DNA of 64,000 bases, from the NCBI GenBank assembly GCA_026025075.1, contig JAPEUI010000026.1, positions 1 to 64,000 of the forward strand, given 5' to 3'. This DNA comes from Vezdaea acicularis. Lineage: Eukaryota. Shown in pieces: positions 12,701 through 24,921 of the stretch; the stretch's first letter is position 1, and each line of letters begins with the position of its first letter. Both the position numbers and the translations under genes were made by a program. The notes under the pieces were generated by a model. The model ran no database searches. It had not been told where the DNA came from and saw only the letters and a program-made list of their open reading frames with translations.

Positions 12701-13799
12701 TGAATCAGACACCCCCTGACGCTACGGATTTGTTGTTTTCTTTCTTCCTTTTTGGGGGGGGGGGGGCATGGATGAAATGGATGGATGGATGGATGGATGG
12801 ATGGCATTCTCTCTGGCGTCTATTTCTCCCTCTTTTTCAATTCTCTCTCTCACTCGTAGCGAATGCGGGGATGGTTCTTCTCATCCCGCACCTGTGGGCA
12901 TCTTTGTTCTGGCGTTTTCGGTTTTGAAAGAGGTGCTACACTATGAATGAAGCCCCACCTTTTCCCCACCCCTTTTCGTGTTTTTTTGGATGGGTCTCGC
13001 TTCCCTCTGTTCTTGCGCTCGGTGATGAAGGTCTGCCGCCGCTGCGCAAGAGGTTTCCGCTCATACATCCCCCTGTCGTCCGTCCGTCCGTCTACTTGTC
13101 TAGGACATCGGAGCAGTGAAGCCAACGACGCCATGACGCCAACGACGACGACGATAATAGCAGCGGCGGTAGCTGCCTCCCTCTTTTCCCCTCCCTTCCC
13201 CTTTTCCCCTCGCTTTCGCTTTTCCTCCCTTCCCCTTCCCCCCTCCCTCCACCTTCACCTCGTCCCACCTCGTCCCGCCCCGGTTGGTTCAGGCTCGGCC
13301 CAGTTGGTTCGAGCTTAAGAGAGGAAGCAGCGGGAGGGGGGTTTGGATGTAGAAGATGGTGGAGAGGAGAGAGGAGAGAGGAGATCGATACGATATCTCA
13401 TGAGGGGGAAGCAGTGATGCTATGGGATAGTACGGGATGGGATGGGAGTATATTGTGTATACTGGTACACTCGTACGTCGTATGAGGGAACGCTGTGTAC
13501 CGCGGGGGTGGGGGGGGTGGGGGGGGGGGGACGCTGGTACACTGCCACGCTACAGTTTGTAGTTTACATAGGAAGGAGAGGGAGGAGAGAGGAAGTTCTT
13601 TGTCGTCCACGCGCTTTGCTGTCGACTCGGAGGAGAATAGAATATTTCGCTCGCCTCGCTTTCTACCCAGGAGAAGAATCGAGAAGATAGTATGATATGC
13701 CATACCCACCTGTGCTCGGGCGTCCAGCCCGAAAGAACCCCCCCTCACTCCCTCCCATCCCCGTCCCTCCCATTATATCTCGCAGCTCCCCCACACAAA

Positions 13800-14406
13800 C
13801 TACGCCCCATCTCCCCAAATCCCCAACACCGCCATCCCGAAGGCCCCCCCCGCCAAGCCCGCCACAACCCCACTCCTCCTCCCAAACCCCTCCATCTCCT
13901 CCCTCGCCACCTCGCCATTAACCTTCCCCTCACCCCCCAAATCCTCCCACCTGCCCTCCCCACCCAGCCTGCCTTCCAGCGCACCCGCCTTCCCACTTGT
14001 CCCCCACACATCCACCCCGCCCGCCACGAGCACCACTCCCGCCGTCCAGAGAAGATAGGGATGCCTAACTCTACTCTCGGATAGGACGTAGGCCAAGCCC
14101 AATGATCCGGCGGCGAGCGCGGTTAGAGCGCGGATGTGGACTTCGGCGGAGTGGCGTAGGTGGGAGAAGGAGGTGTAGGCTTTGCTGGCGGAGGGGAGGA
14201 GGAGGAGAGTTGGGGTGAGGTGCGTGGAGAGGGTGTAGCTCATGCCCTATTTGTGCGGAGTCCGGTTAGTCTGGGTAGTGGGGGAGGAGAGAAGGGAGGG
14301 AGAAAGGGAGGGAGGGAGGGGGTGTATTCGTGGAAAAAAGGCATACAGTGAGTAAACCGAGCGAGATAGTCCCGACGAACTTCGAGAGGACGACTAGGCC
14401 CGACAT
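13800..14406 (-). CDS. ATG33: Atg33/Scm4-like mitochondrial outer-membrane autophagy-related protein, ~168 aa (2 exons)
   Basis: Exon 1 14406-14347 (MSGLVVLSKFVGTISLGLLT), intron GTATGC..CTAAC..TAG, exon 2 14246-13800 (GMSYTLS...RHPYLLW...VNGEVAREEMEGF...MAVLGIWGDGA). These motifs are typical of the filamentous-fungal family. Confidence 0.8.
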
Positions 14407-15391
14407 CGTCGCGACAAGTGGGGGAGAACAATGGCTCAGGCAGTTCTCCAGTCTCTTCGCACAAGAGTAGAGGCGTGATGGTCCGCGTTGCGTGAAGCGC
14501 GTTGGAATTGACGATGGATCTCGGGAAGAAATTAGATGCGAAGTCGGGTTCAAGAACATGGGAGGGTCACGTGCGGAGAAGGCGAGGCCCAGTTCCATGA
14601 AATGGGGATCCCGAGCAAAGGCACGACGACTTATATCAAACAACCCATTCACACCGCCGAATGTGAGATACAGCTGCATTAACCGCTCGCTCGCTCGATT
14701 GATTGATTACATGCATCAGCTATCCCAATACTCTACTAAAGGCCCTGTCAGGAGGCAGCAAGTACTTCCCCAAGTTCACCACTCCGCTGCTCGCCATAGT
14801 ACCGTCAGATACCGAAGGCCACCCGCCTCCCTTTCCTATACCGCCAAAGCCAGCCCGTTTGTGCAGTAAAACCCGACGCCAGACACCGCCGCAGGGATGC
14901 ACGAAATACACATTAATGGACCCGTCAGCTAGCCAGTCGCTCAGCCCGATTGACTACCCGAGGTACTACATTAGCCCGGTGCCTCCGAAGCCAAAGAAGA
15001 AAGATGAAAAAAAAAAAGGGAGCGGCCCGATTCAACCGCTGTAAGTGTTATTTTGTCCCCCTAGGGCGGGGAGTATGCATGTACGCAAAGTGAAGAGTCT
15101 GTACAAAGTCGTCGTGTGTGTAAGTGTGCGTTCGAGAGGAAGTCTCAAAAAGTGATCGGGGCATAGCATACGCCCGTCGTATGCTTTCCTATGCCATGCT
15201 TTGCACCTGTTGCCGTGGAGGTTTATGTGTTCGTGTGGATCGAGTCAATGCCATGATAGGAGTGGGCGCGAGATCCAGAACCCATTTTACCAGATGAGAA
15301 GTGGAAGGAAAAATATATGTGTATGCAGTCGTGTTCGTGAATCATAAAATCTGTTATCAGAAGGTCGAAATGTGGTCGGGAGAGGAGAGGA

Positions 15392-16847
15392 TCAATCGTC
15401 GGGATTATGGATCTTGAGGACGCGCCGCGAGTAGTCTCGGTCGTCTCGTAAGCTGCGGATGCTGACTCGGCTTGAAGCGTCGTCTTCGGGTCTCAGTAAA
15501 GATATGGGGTCCAGCCGTTGATCGTGCATCAGGATGGGCTGGCTATGCCGACGCTCGTCAGGGCTGTGGGACTTCTCCGGGGGCGTAGTATTGCCTCCAC
15601 CAAACACATTCGTGGCGATCCGGGGTAGCATGCGTTTCTCGGATTGCGTCCCCGACCTGCCCATCAGACCATTCATCGAGCTACGGCTTCCTGCCGAGTT
15701 GAACATCTCGTCGCTGTGGTTGGAGCCGGACTCGTCGCCGAGCTTCTGGTCGGAGTTTCGTCGTTGGCGGAGGCAGAAGAGCACCAGACCAAGGATCAGG
15801 CCGACAAATATCAGGAGGCCGATCACGAGTCCGGCAATCTGACCGCCGCTGAGGGCACGTTTCTTCCCGACAGTCTCGGGTAAAGTCGTGGCCAGGGCAG
15901 GCGGTTTCGAGGGTGTGATGGTGATCGTTTGTACTTGGCCCGTCACCGTGGTGACCATGGTCACTGGCGTGGGCGTCCATGACGACGTAGACTTTGACGA
16001 AGAAGTGGTCGTTGTTGATGTGGATGATGTCGTAGACGAAGAGGACGTAGAGGACGTTGACTATACCCCAAGATTATCAGTCATGAGCTCTAAAGCATCT
16101 GCGCACACCCTAGTTCAATTCTTGAAGCACGATGCTTCAATTAGGAGGAATGCATACAGTCAGCGTCGACGACGTGTTGGCCGTGGGTGATGATGCAGTG
16201 ACAGTGACCGTCGAAGGCCCTTGACTGGTCGACCCTGAGCTCTGCCACGAGAACAAGTCATCAAAAACTGATGATCCAGAAGAAGCCAATGCAAAGAACA
16301 GCCATCGATGTCGGGGGGTTACGACGACGAGAAGAGATACGACAACAAGGGAAAAAAGCTTACCGAGTCGCTGCTACTCGATGCTGTGGTACTGGTGCTC
16401 GTGCTGGCTCCGATTGTTCCGGACGGAGCATTGCTCAAAGCAATATACCCGTACAGGTTCTGGTCGAAGTTTCCACATTGCTCGTACGGAAAGCCTGGGC
16501 AATTTGCATTGCAGTTGGTCGTCGACGTCGTGTCGCTTGGGGCGTAATTCGAGCACCAGCAATTGGTGGCTTGCACGATAGCAAAGGCGTAGCTACCGGC
16601 AATGCAGGTGTCATGGCAAGCTCCATTCGACTGATACTTGTTGATAGCTGTAGGAGAGACGGATGGTCAGCAGAGCATTCCAATTGAGTCGTGAATTCAC
16701 TTCCAACTCACTTGGAGTCGAGCTCGAGCCGGTGTTCTGGGTCGAGCAGAGCTGCTGCGAGTATGCTCCGGCCACGCTGCGTGCCAGGGACAGCACCGCG
16801 ATGAGCCTGAAGAGCACGCCGGCGGAGATTGAGCGCCTTGAAGCCAT
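15392..16847 (-). CDS. WSC-domain cell-wall stress sensor (Wsc1/Slg1 family), 4 exons
   Basis: Signal peptide (MASRRSISAGVLFRLIAVLSLARSVAG), Cys-rich WSC domain (YQSNGACHDTC...CWCSNYAP...CNANCPGFPYEQCG), Ser/Thr tract, single TM (LSGGQIAGLVIGLLIFVGLILGLVLFCL), cytoplasmic tail DQRLDP...SLRDDRDYSRRVLKIHNPDD. Exons 16847-16712, 16647-16364, 16241-16158, 16060-15392. Confidence 0.92.
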
Positions 16848-19800
16848 TCTGACTGATCTTGCGACCAGCAGAACAACTCGAAGCCGACGAGTTTGGGGGG
16901 TTGAAGGCCGTGGGCCACGGTGAGGGCGGATGGCGAGGAGGGCAGGACGGAGGCAGGGAAAAAGGGCGGCGAAGGGTATCCCCGAGTCGGGCCAGGGAGG
17001 AGGGCGCACCCAGGACAGTCGACGCTAATGCCGGGGGTACATCGAAGGAGACGGTCCTCGTCACGACGGTCGCCGCTCCACGACCCAGCTACTCGATCCT
17101 TTTGGGATGTGCCGGCGAGCAGAGCATGTCGAGGCGGGTGCAGCAGCGAAGAACGGAAGCGTCCGCGCAGGCAATGGCAATGCGTTCGAGCGTTGTTGTG
17201 GGCGATGCGTCAATGTCGCTGGATCGACTGGGCAGGGAGCGCACGTTCCGCGTTCACGGCGAGAGTCGCCGAAGTCAGAGACATGCAATGCAACACGAAC
17301 GGCTCGCTTGGAGTGCTTGGAAAAGGTTCAGGGAGAGACACGGGACGGCGGCAGCGGCCAGAGTGAAGAAAAACATTCAACGTTCGACCTCAGCGGAAGA
17401 TTGAGTGCGGTGCTGGTACCGGCGCTGGTGCTGGCGCTGGTGCTGGTGCTGCCTCTCTTGCCGCCCAGCCACTCCCCCCTCCCTCGTGCATGGTGACGTT
17501 CGCGCGTCACTTTGCTCCCCTTGCTCCCTTAGGAGCGCTTCCTCTCCGCTCTCCGCCCGCGCACGCCGTTGGCTTGAAACAAGTGCCGGTGCACGGTCGG
17601 ACCAGAGAACGAGCGACAACAACAATCACGACCAGAAGGGCAGGTCGTCCGGTACACTACGCTTACCGCTATCTCGTTGTCGGACCGCGGAAGAATTTGG
17701 AGAAGGGAATGGGCTAGTGGTAGCTCGTCACTCGTACCGGCGCATGTCATCATCGTCCAGCCCTGGCATGACATTGTCGAGGTTGAGCCAACGAACTAAT
17801 TGGAAATGGAAAAGACACCAAGCCACCATTTCTGCCTCCATCAGCCAAGAAAGACAAGGGCCTCACCTCTCATCGCCAATAACGACTCGACAGAAATCCA
17901 CAAATACTCTTCGAGCTCCACGCCCGACATCGTTGCTCCCGGCAGCCCAGCTCCTTAGCGTGGACGATGTCGACGTCTCCTCCCACGCAATGGCCATGGA
18001 CCAGCTCCAGGTCCAGGGTCCTCGAGGTGGCCAATTGGGCCTGGGCGGAAGCCCCTCCCCTCATGGCGATGGAGTGCAGTGCAGCGCCGTGCAGAAGTCG
18101 TCCGTTGCAGCTTCTGTCGATAAGCCGATCCTGCATGGCCTCAACAAACGGGGATGGACTAAATTAGAGCAAGGCGGTGGGCGTGGCAAAGAGCGTTCGT
18201 CGTCTGGCAGAAAGATGTTCTATATCTCCCATGGACCCTATCACAAGCTAAATCGACGAGGGCGGTCGCGGGGAGATCCACTGATCGCGCCCTCTCCTAC
18301 ACCCTCTTCGCGATGTTATCGTACCATCACCTCCAAATATAGGATGGGATGGTACGAGATCATCTCCATTCATACCCCCAACCCGCCACGATCAGAAGCA
18401 AAAACGCACGCGGAAAAGCGGGGAAATGGTCGAGCTCGCTCGGATAGCAGATCCCGCGGTACGAGCATTGCATCCTCTGCGGACGACGGCGGAGAAGCTC
18501 GTGATTGAGGATAGAAAACGGGCTCCGCCAAGAACGTGGCCTCGCATCCACTCTGCGCCGGACGGTGGTGGAGCCCCTAAAAAAGCTTGGCCGTCGTCGA
18601 GGCGATCTCGAAGCTAAAGCAGGCCGGGGCCCCTGCTCGACTCGATAGAATGTCCCCACACACTCGCTCCCTCCTAAGCGTGAGAAAAGCATATCGCGAT
18701 ACACTTTTCTCTCGATACGTGCGCAATCGACTCCCCCGCCCGCCGTCGCCGCTGCCTTGCAATCGCCGTCAATGCGACGCACGGACCGGATCCATGACCG
18801 ACAGATAGTGGATGAAACAAACACCTCCGCATGCTCCCCAAAAAAAAAAGCACGAGGAAAGAAAAGCTTGGTCGGTTCACGGCCGCTCTGATTCTCCGAC
18901 ACCCGACCGTTTTCCTCCGTCTTGCCCAAAAAATCCCTCGAACGCAGCAACAACACAAGCCCAAGAAGCCCATCTGATCGTCCCTCTCTCACTTGCCCCA
19001 TCTCCCCGTTGCTGCTCCACCATGCCATCATCGTACCTTGCACCGAAACATCCGCGAAATTGCAGTTACCAGGACCTCCGCTCGACGAGCCAATCACCGC
19101 TTAGCCCCCCATTCCTCACCGCTTTCCTTATAGGGAGCGAGATCGACGTCACGGTATGAAACACCTTCCGAGAGAATGCGGAAGGCGCGCCCCTTTTTGT
19201 TGTGGATGGATGGTATGAGATCATCGCGGCTTGACGATCTGATCGTCGTCCTTCTCTTTTTTTCTTTTCGGACGCCGTTGCTCTCGGCTGACGGCGTGGA
19301 GTGCGGAGTTTTCTTTCTCTCTCGCCAGTCTTTCGTCGATGCGAGACTGTGCCATTGCGGATATGTACTGCATTATACATATCCTCCCCCCCCTTTTCTT
19401 TCCATCGGCACGGGCGTTCGTGGTTCGCTAATCCGCTTGCTGCGTCCCCCGCCATGTGTTTGTTTGCTGCCCTTGAACGCCCAATCAAAGGATTCTCTCG
19501 TGCTTCTTAACGAGCCCCAAGGCGAGGAATGCTGGACAAAGAGCACCTGGACTCCACGCCAAAGGATGCATGTCGTGAGGCCAACAACACGCGGTTGTGA
19601 CCTTTTTGTGATTGGCTTGTTGGGGTGAGGGCTTGTGAGGATACGAGGACAGCTGGTTAGAGGGAAGTAGTCTTGCATCAAAGCCGCAAGTCGCAGAACC
19701 GCTGTAAGGAGGGACACGTGAAGAGTGGATGTACTGTTCCGTGGAATGGAGTAGAGAGCGAGTGGAACAAATTCCAGGACGTGGAAGAGGTCGTCCCGGC

Positions 19801-19930
19801 TATGGTCCCTTGGGCTTATGACATTCTCGCCCCCGAATTTAGAAGAGAGGCGCATTTAGATAGAATAGAATGGAAAAGAGCAAGCCCGTGTGCAAGTACA
19901 TCATCTCCCACGATACCCACTTCCCCCTCC

Positions 19931-22777
19931 CTACCGCCCCCCCTCCCCCCTCATCTCCGCAAGCAAAGCCCTCTCCCTTGCTCCCCGAACCCTCTCCCAC
20001 CCATCCAACCGCATAACAAACGAGGCCCGTCCGAGACTCAAACTGCGCAAATGCTTCCAATAGCCTAACATTTCCTTGAGGGGGACTCTCGCTTGGACCA
20101 CTTTCTCCGCGCCCACGGCCGCGCTTTCGGCGTGGGTACTCTCCCCGAAGGGATCAGGGGGGGTGTAGATTTTCTCGGGGTCGATTCTTGTGGGAGAGGA
20201 TGTACTGGAGGATGAGTTGAGGGATTCAGTTTCAATTTCGGGGGAGGTGATAGCGAGGACCTCCCCTCCCCGCGCGGCGCTGATATCGTGCACGACGGCG
20301 CCGAGACTGCGTTCGTCGAGGGAGATGCGGACGGCCATGACCGGTTCCATGAGGGCTGTCTTGTCTCCCGCGGCGGCCGCAGCGGCTTTCAGGGCGGCGG
20401 TGGTGGCGAGGCGGGAGGCTTGCGAGAGGGCCATGGGGGTTGTGTCGGGCCCGTAGGAGTCGGTTGTGGGGTCGAAGGAGAGGGTTATGTTTGTGGCGTG
20501 GAGGGGGAGGTTATGGAGGGGGCCGCGGGCGAGGGCGGCGAGGGCGCCGGCGCGGAGGGCGGGGAGGAGGACGGTGGAGGTGTCGAGGGGGAGGGGCGGG
20601 GAGGAGGGGGGCAGGGGGAGGATCGAGACGAGGTTTCCTTCGCTGAGGAGCGTGTCTGTTGGTTGGTCGGCTGCTGGCGGTAGGTTGGAGGAGTTGGGGA
20701 TGAGGGGGGTGACAGTGGCGGTGCAGCCTGCGCGGCTGCGGCGGCCAGCGAGGTCGCGGTCGTGGGTGCAGTGCTCCGGGCCAGAGGAGGCGAGGATGCA
20801 TTCGCGGTAGCTGATCTCGATGCGGCCCATTGATGCTTTGGTCTTGAAGTCTTTGATGAGGCGGTCACGCGCGATTTCGAGGTGCAGCTCGCCCATGCCG
20901 CTGAGGAGAGTCTGGCCGGATTCGTCGTCCACCGTGAGGTGCAGACTTGGGTCTTCTCTCAGCAGGAGCAGCAGGTTTTCGTGCACGTTTTTCTCCTCGG
21001 CGAGGCTGTGCGGTTCGATGCTGGCGAAGAAGACGGGGGGGGGGACGTCGATTGGCTTTAGTTGAAGGGAGTCGAGAGGAGCGGGCGGGGTCTTGTTGGA
21101 GGTCAGCCCGGGGACAGATATTAGAGTATCTCCTGTTCGGGTGGCTTTTAGGCCGGCGATGACGCCGATTTGGCCGGTGGTGATGGTGGAGACTTCTTCG
21201 GCTTTGTTGGCGTACATCTTGAATAGGCGGGGGGCTTTCTCTACGAGGGAGAGATTGGCGTTGAACAGGGTTGCGCCTCGGTTCAGGACCCCGGAGTAAA
21301 CGCGGACGTAGACTAGAACTCCCCGCTGTGGGTCATTGACGACTTTGAATGCAAGGGCGCAGCCTTCGAGGGATCGTGAAATTAGAGCGTTTGAACTCGG
21401 TTGGCGTTTAGCCCCTTTTTTGCTTCCCGGATGTGGGACTGATGAATCTTCCGCCGACAACTTTCCGCTGATCAGGCTTTGTAGACTCCCTTTCAGGCTT
21501 CCAGCACTGATCTCTGGGTCTGGTCGCTCGTTTGGGGCTGGCAATAGATCGACGACTGCGTCAAGCAACGGTTGAACTCCGATGTTTCGGAAGCTCGCGC
21601 CAGCATATACTGGGATCAAAGAACCGGAGCCATCGAGGACGCACTCGCGCAAGGCATTAGTGATATCAGAGGGCCTTATCGCAAGATGGTCTTCGTCAAG
21701 CTCGAAGAAGCGCTCGATAAGAGCATTGTTGCGTTCGCTGAGACATTCGACCAATGATATCCGCGCCTTCTTGATCTCCGCGGCAAATTCAGGCTCAATT
21801 TTCTCAAGCTCCTTGAGACTCAAAACTTCGACTGACTTTCCATCTCCTCCCTTGGACCATCGTAAAGCCCTTAGATTAACAGCATCCCCGACGCCAATAA
21901 AGTCGCATTCGCTCCGTTCGCCTCGTTTCCACCAAGGGATTTGGCAGACTGCTGGCCAGCCGCCTAGTCTTGAGCCGATTTCTTTTACAGCACGGCCAAA
22001 CGCGGCCCCTTGTCGATCAAGCTTGTTGATATATATTATTCTCGGAATTTGATAGGTGTTTGCTTGCTGCCAGACTATCTCCGTCTGCGCTTCGACGCCA
22101 GCAACTGCATCTAGGATGCAGACGGCGCCATCAAGGATTCTGAGAGAACGGAGGACCTCAAACGTAAAGTCTGCATGTCCTGGAGTGTCTATAAGGTTTA
22201 TGGTGTGTGATGTGAGAGATTTCGTCGCGCTGCTCTCAGTGGCACTCGCGGGTACGCTGGCCGAGATCGGCGGCCAATGAAATGTGATAGCAGCAGATTG
22301 TATCGTAATACCTCTATCACGCTCCGCTGGAAGGAAATCGGTGACAGTAGATCCATCATCAACGTCTGAGGGTATGGATTAGACACACTGGACAAATTGC
22401 AGATCGCTTAGCTGGGGACAAAGGGAAGGAGGCAAAGGTTGTAGATGTTCTACAAGCATAAAAAGTTACATTAAATAAATAGACAAATGTAATGAAAGAT
22501 CTTGTAAAGATCAAAGTTTTACCTCCAATAGTTCTAGTGTAACCACTATAATAGAGCATACGCTCTGTCGTTGTGGTTTTTCCCTATACAAAGTTAGCCC
22601 AGAAAGATGGACTGGGGATGCAGGGGCGTGAACCGCGTCTATATGGGCGATTATGCCAATGTTCCTCGTCCTTGACAGCTCTGCAACAGCTGAGACAGTT
22701 GCATATAAGCGCGGCGATACCCTCGCAAGAGTCACCACCTTTTGACGGTATACTTGACCACATCGTGCCAGCAGCAT
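19931..22777 (-). CDS. MEF2: Mitochondrial ribosome-releasing factor 2 (EF-G2mt), 3 exons
   Basis: Basic targeting peptide, [88 protein letters not shown]. Introns 22633-22584 and 22522-22366. Confidence 0.93.
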
Positions 22778-23029
22778 GATATGTTGAACATGTGAAAAGT
22801 TCCAAACGCGCCTGCAGAAGTTACCATTGCTCGCTTGGCGCAAGCAGACTGCCGAGCAACATCCCACAACCATCGAATTACGTACCACCACCTTTGAGCT
22901 TTTCTCGAAGGGTTTTTGTGCTGCACAGTGCATTGCTACTTGTGCTGTCGAACTAGAGCGTCTCAATAGGTGGAAGTACGTCTCTACTGTTTCTGATAGG
23001 AGAACGTAAAAAGTATCTTTCGGAACGGT
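22778..23029. promoter_or_regulatory. Compact bidirectional promoter between MEF2 and VPS17
   Basis: The divergent start codons are only ~250 bp apart. Confidence 0.6.
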
Positions 23030-24921
23030 ATGGACTACTCGAATGACCCCGATCATCCCGCCGGGCCTTCCCCATGGTCTACATCACCTCAGCATAATAG
23101 GAACAGCTTCCAGTCAGATCCCCCCTCCTCCCCAGAGCTTTCCAGACAGGGCGAATCTTTCACAGGGAACCCGCCAAACCGCCGCCTGTTTGAGGAGGAT
23201 CAGGACCACGCGAGGCCTGAGGGGGTAGAACCGGCACACGGGGATGTCTTTGGACAACCATCAGAGCAGGTTACAAGTCAACCGTCGGAAAGGCAACAGC
23301 AGAAAGCTCCATCACAAGATCAGGCACAGCAACATGGGCAAAAGTCTCAACCTCAAAGATATCATTCAGCTCCACGCCAACCCCAAAAGAAACAGACACC
23401 TCAATTCAAGCTTCAAGCAAAGATAACAGGACTCGAAAGAACTGGCCGGAAAGATCCAATCTTGAGATTCGACGTCCATGTAAGTCTCTACAGTGGAGAG
23501 AATCTAACTTCCATCATGACTGTTCCGGGGCTTATCGTGTGACCCGGGCAGACAAACATACCCAACTTTCGTACAACCCAATTTCGGGACGTTCGTCGGA
23601 CCCATTCAGAGTTCGTGAAGCTCGGAGAACATCTCATCTCCGCATGTCCAGAAGCATTCGTTCCTGCGGTACCCCCCCCTGTTACGTCTGCAGGAGCTGG
23701 GACCGACGAGGACGAAGCCCGTGTCAAAGCGTCGTTACAGAGATGGCTGAATTACGTGTGCGGAAACAATGTATTAATGCGGGACGACGAAATGGTCTTT
23801 TTCGTTGAGAGCGATTTTGGGTATAGTCCGGTGGTAAGAATGAAACAACCTGCAACAGGAGTGAGGAGAAAAGTCATCAAGCAATTTGCTCCACCGCCAG
23901 ACGATACACCTGAATTGCAGGACGCGAGACCCGTCGTAAAGCTTTTCTACTTGGGCACAATGGACGCTGGCCACAAGGTCGATAGACTTGTAAAAGCCCG
24001 AAGAGGTAATGAATCTCCAAGTCTTTACGTAGACCACTGAAAAACAGCTGACGACGCGCAGGGCTCGGCGTAGCTGAATCAGACTTTGGAGTCAAGCTTG
24101 GATCTATGAGTGCGCAGGAAACACATGCGGGTCTGTCGCAGGCCTACCGCAAATTGGGCAAAACTATCCAGACCACGGGAGACTATCACGTTGCTCAAGG
24201 CACTGCAGAGGCTACAACTTTGGGAGACCCACTTCAATACCACTCATCCGATGCCTTCATTGTCAAGGAAACCCTGACAAACCGACATATATTATTGCGT
24301 GAGCTTGCCACGGCACAGCAAACCTTACGGAGTAAGCTTAGCGCTGCAGACCGCTTGAAAGCAAGTACATCTGTAAAGCGTGAGAAGGTCGACGAAGCCA
24401 TATCAGCACTAGACGAAGCAAGCGCCAACGAAAAGCTCTTATCACAGAAAGCAAAGGAAGTCACAAGTAATCTGGTGTTGGAACGTCGACGTTGGTTCAG
24501 TCGTACAGCAGCAGACTTGAGGCAAAGCATCCGGGAATATGTGATACGTGAGATTGAAGCAGAAAGGCGGACCTTGGCTACGCTGGAGAGTGTACGACCT
24601 GATATTCGTGCTATCGATGCGTCGGGTGGTCTAAGCAGGTTGGGAAGAGAAACGCATCCGGCAGCACGACGAGCGAGTCTTGCGGCATCTCAAGGTCCGA
24701 AGGGCGATGCATGGAGCGGTGTTCCTCGACGGCCAGATGGGTTAAGTCGAAGCATATCTGGCAGTCAAGGCCTGGCTGGCGTATCAGAAGCAGAAGAGTC
24801 TGGCGTAGTTCAAGGCATGGCTGCGAGTGCACCCAATCTGAAGGGAATGAAGGAGGAGGAGGATGAAGATCGGGTCGACGCACGAAATGCAGCGAGCCGG
24901 CTTGCCACGAGCACATTCTAG
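23030..24921 (+). CDS. VPS17: Retromer PX-BAR sorting nexin Vps17, 3 exons
   Basis: KLQAKITGLERTGRKDPILRFDVH|TNIPNFRTTQFRDVRRTHSEF, FVESDFGYSP, KQFAPPPDDTPEL, C-terminal DRVDARNAASRLATSTF. ORFs 23030, 23615 and 24106 are joined by two introns. Confidence 0.93.

Noticed and set aside
13290..13320. GGCCCAGTTGGTTCGAGC resembling a tRNA D arm
   Set aside because: No anticodon arm, T arm or acceptor stem follows.
18158..18345. Rlm1/CArG-like boxes (CTAAATTAG, CCAAATATAGG) upstream of the WSC gene
   Set aside because: Spacer lengths (3 and 7 A/T) do not match CTA(W4)TAG or CC(W6)GG.
17405..18508. 367-codon ORF upstream of the WSC gene
   Set aside because: Non-ATG start, repeat-derived sequence (CWRWCW), no domain; lies in a GC-rich promoter region.
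22366..22522. Long AT-rich MEF2 intron considered as a stwintron or snoRNA host
   Set aside because: Nested-splicing options leave an implausible ~23-nt outer intron; no C/D or H/ACA box set; simple splicing restores the frame.
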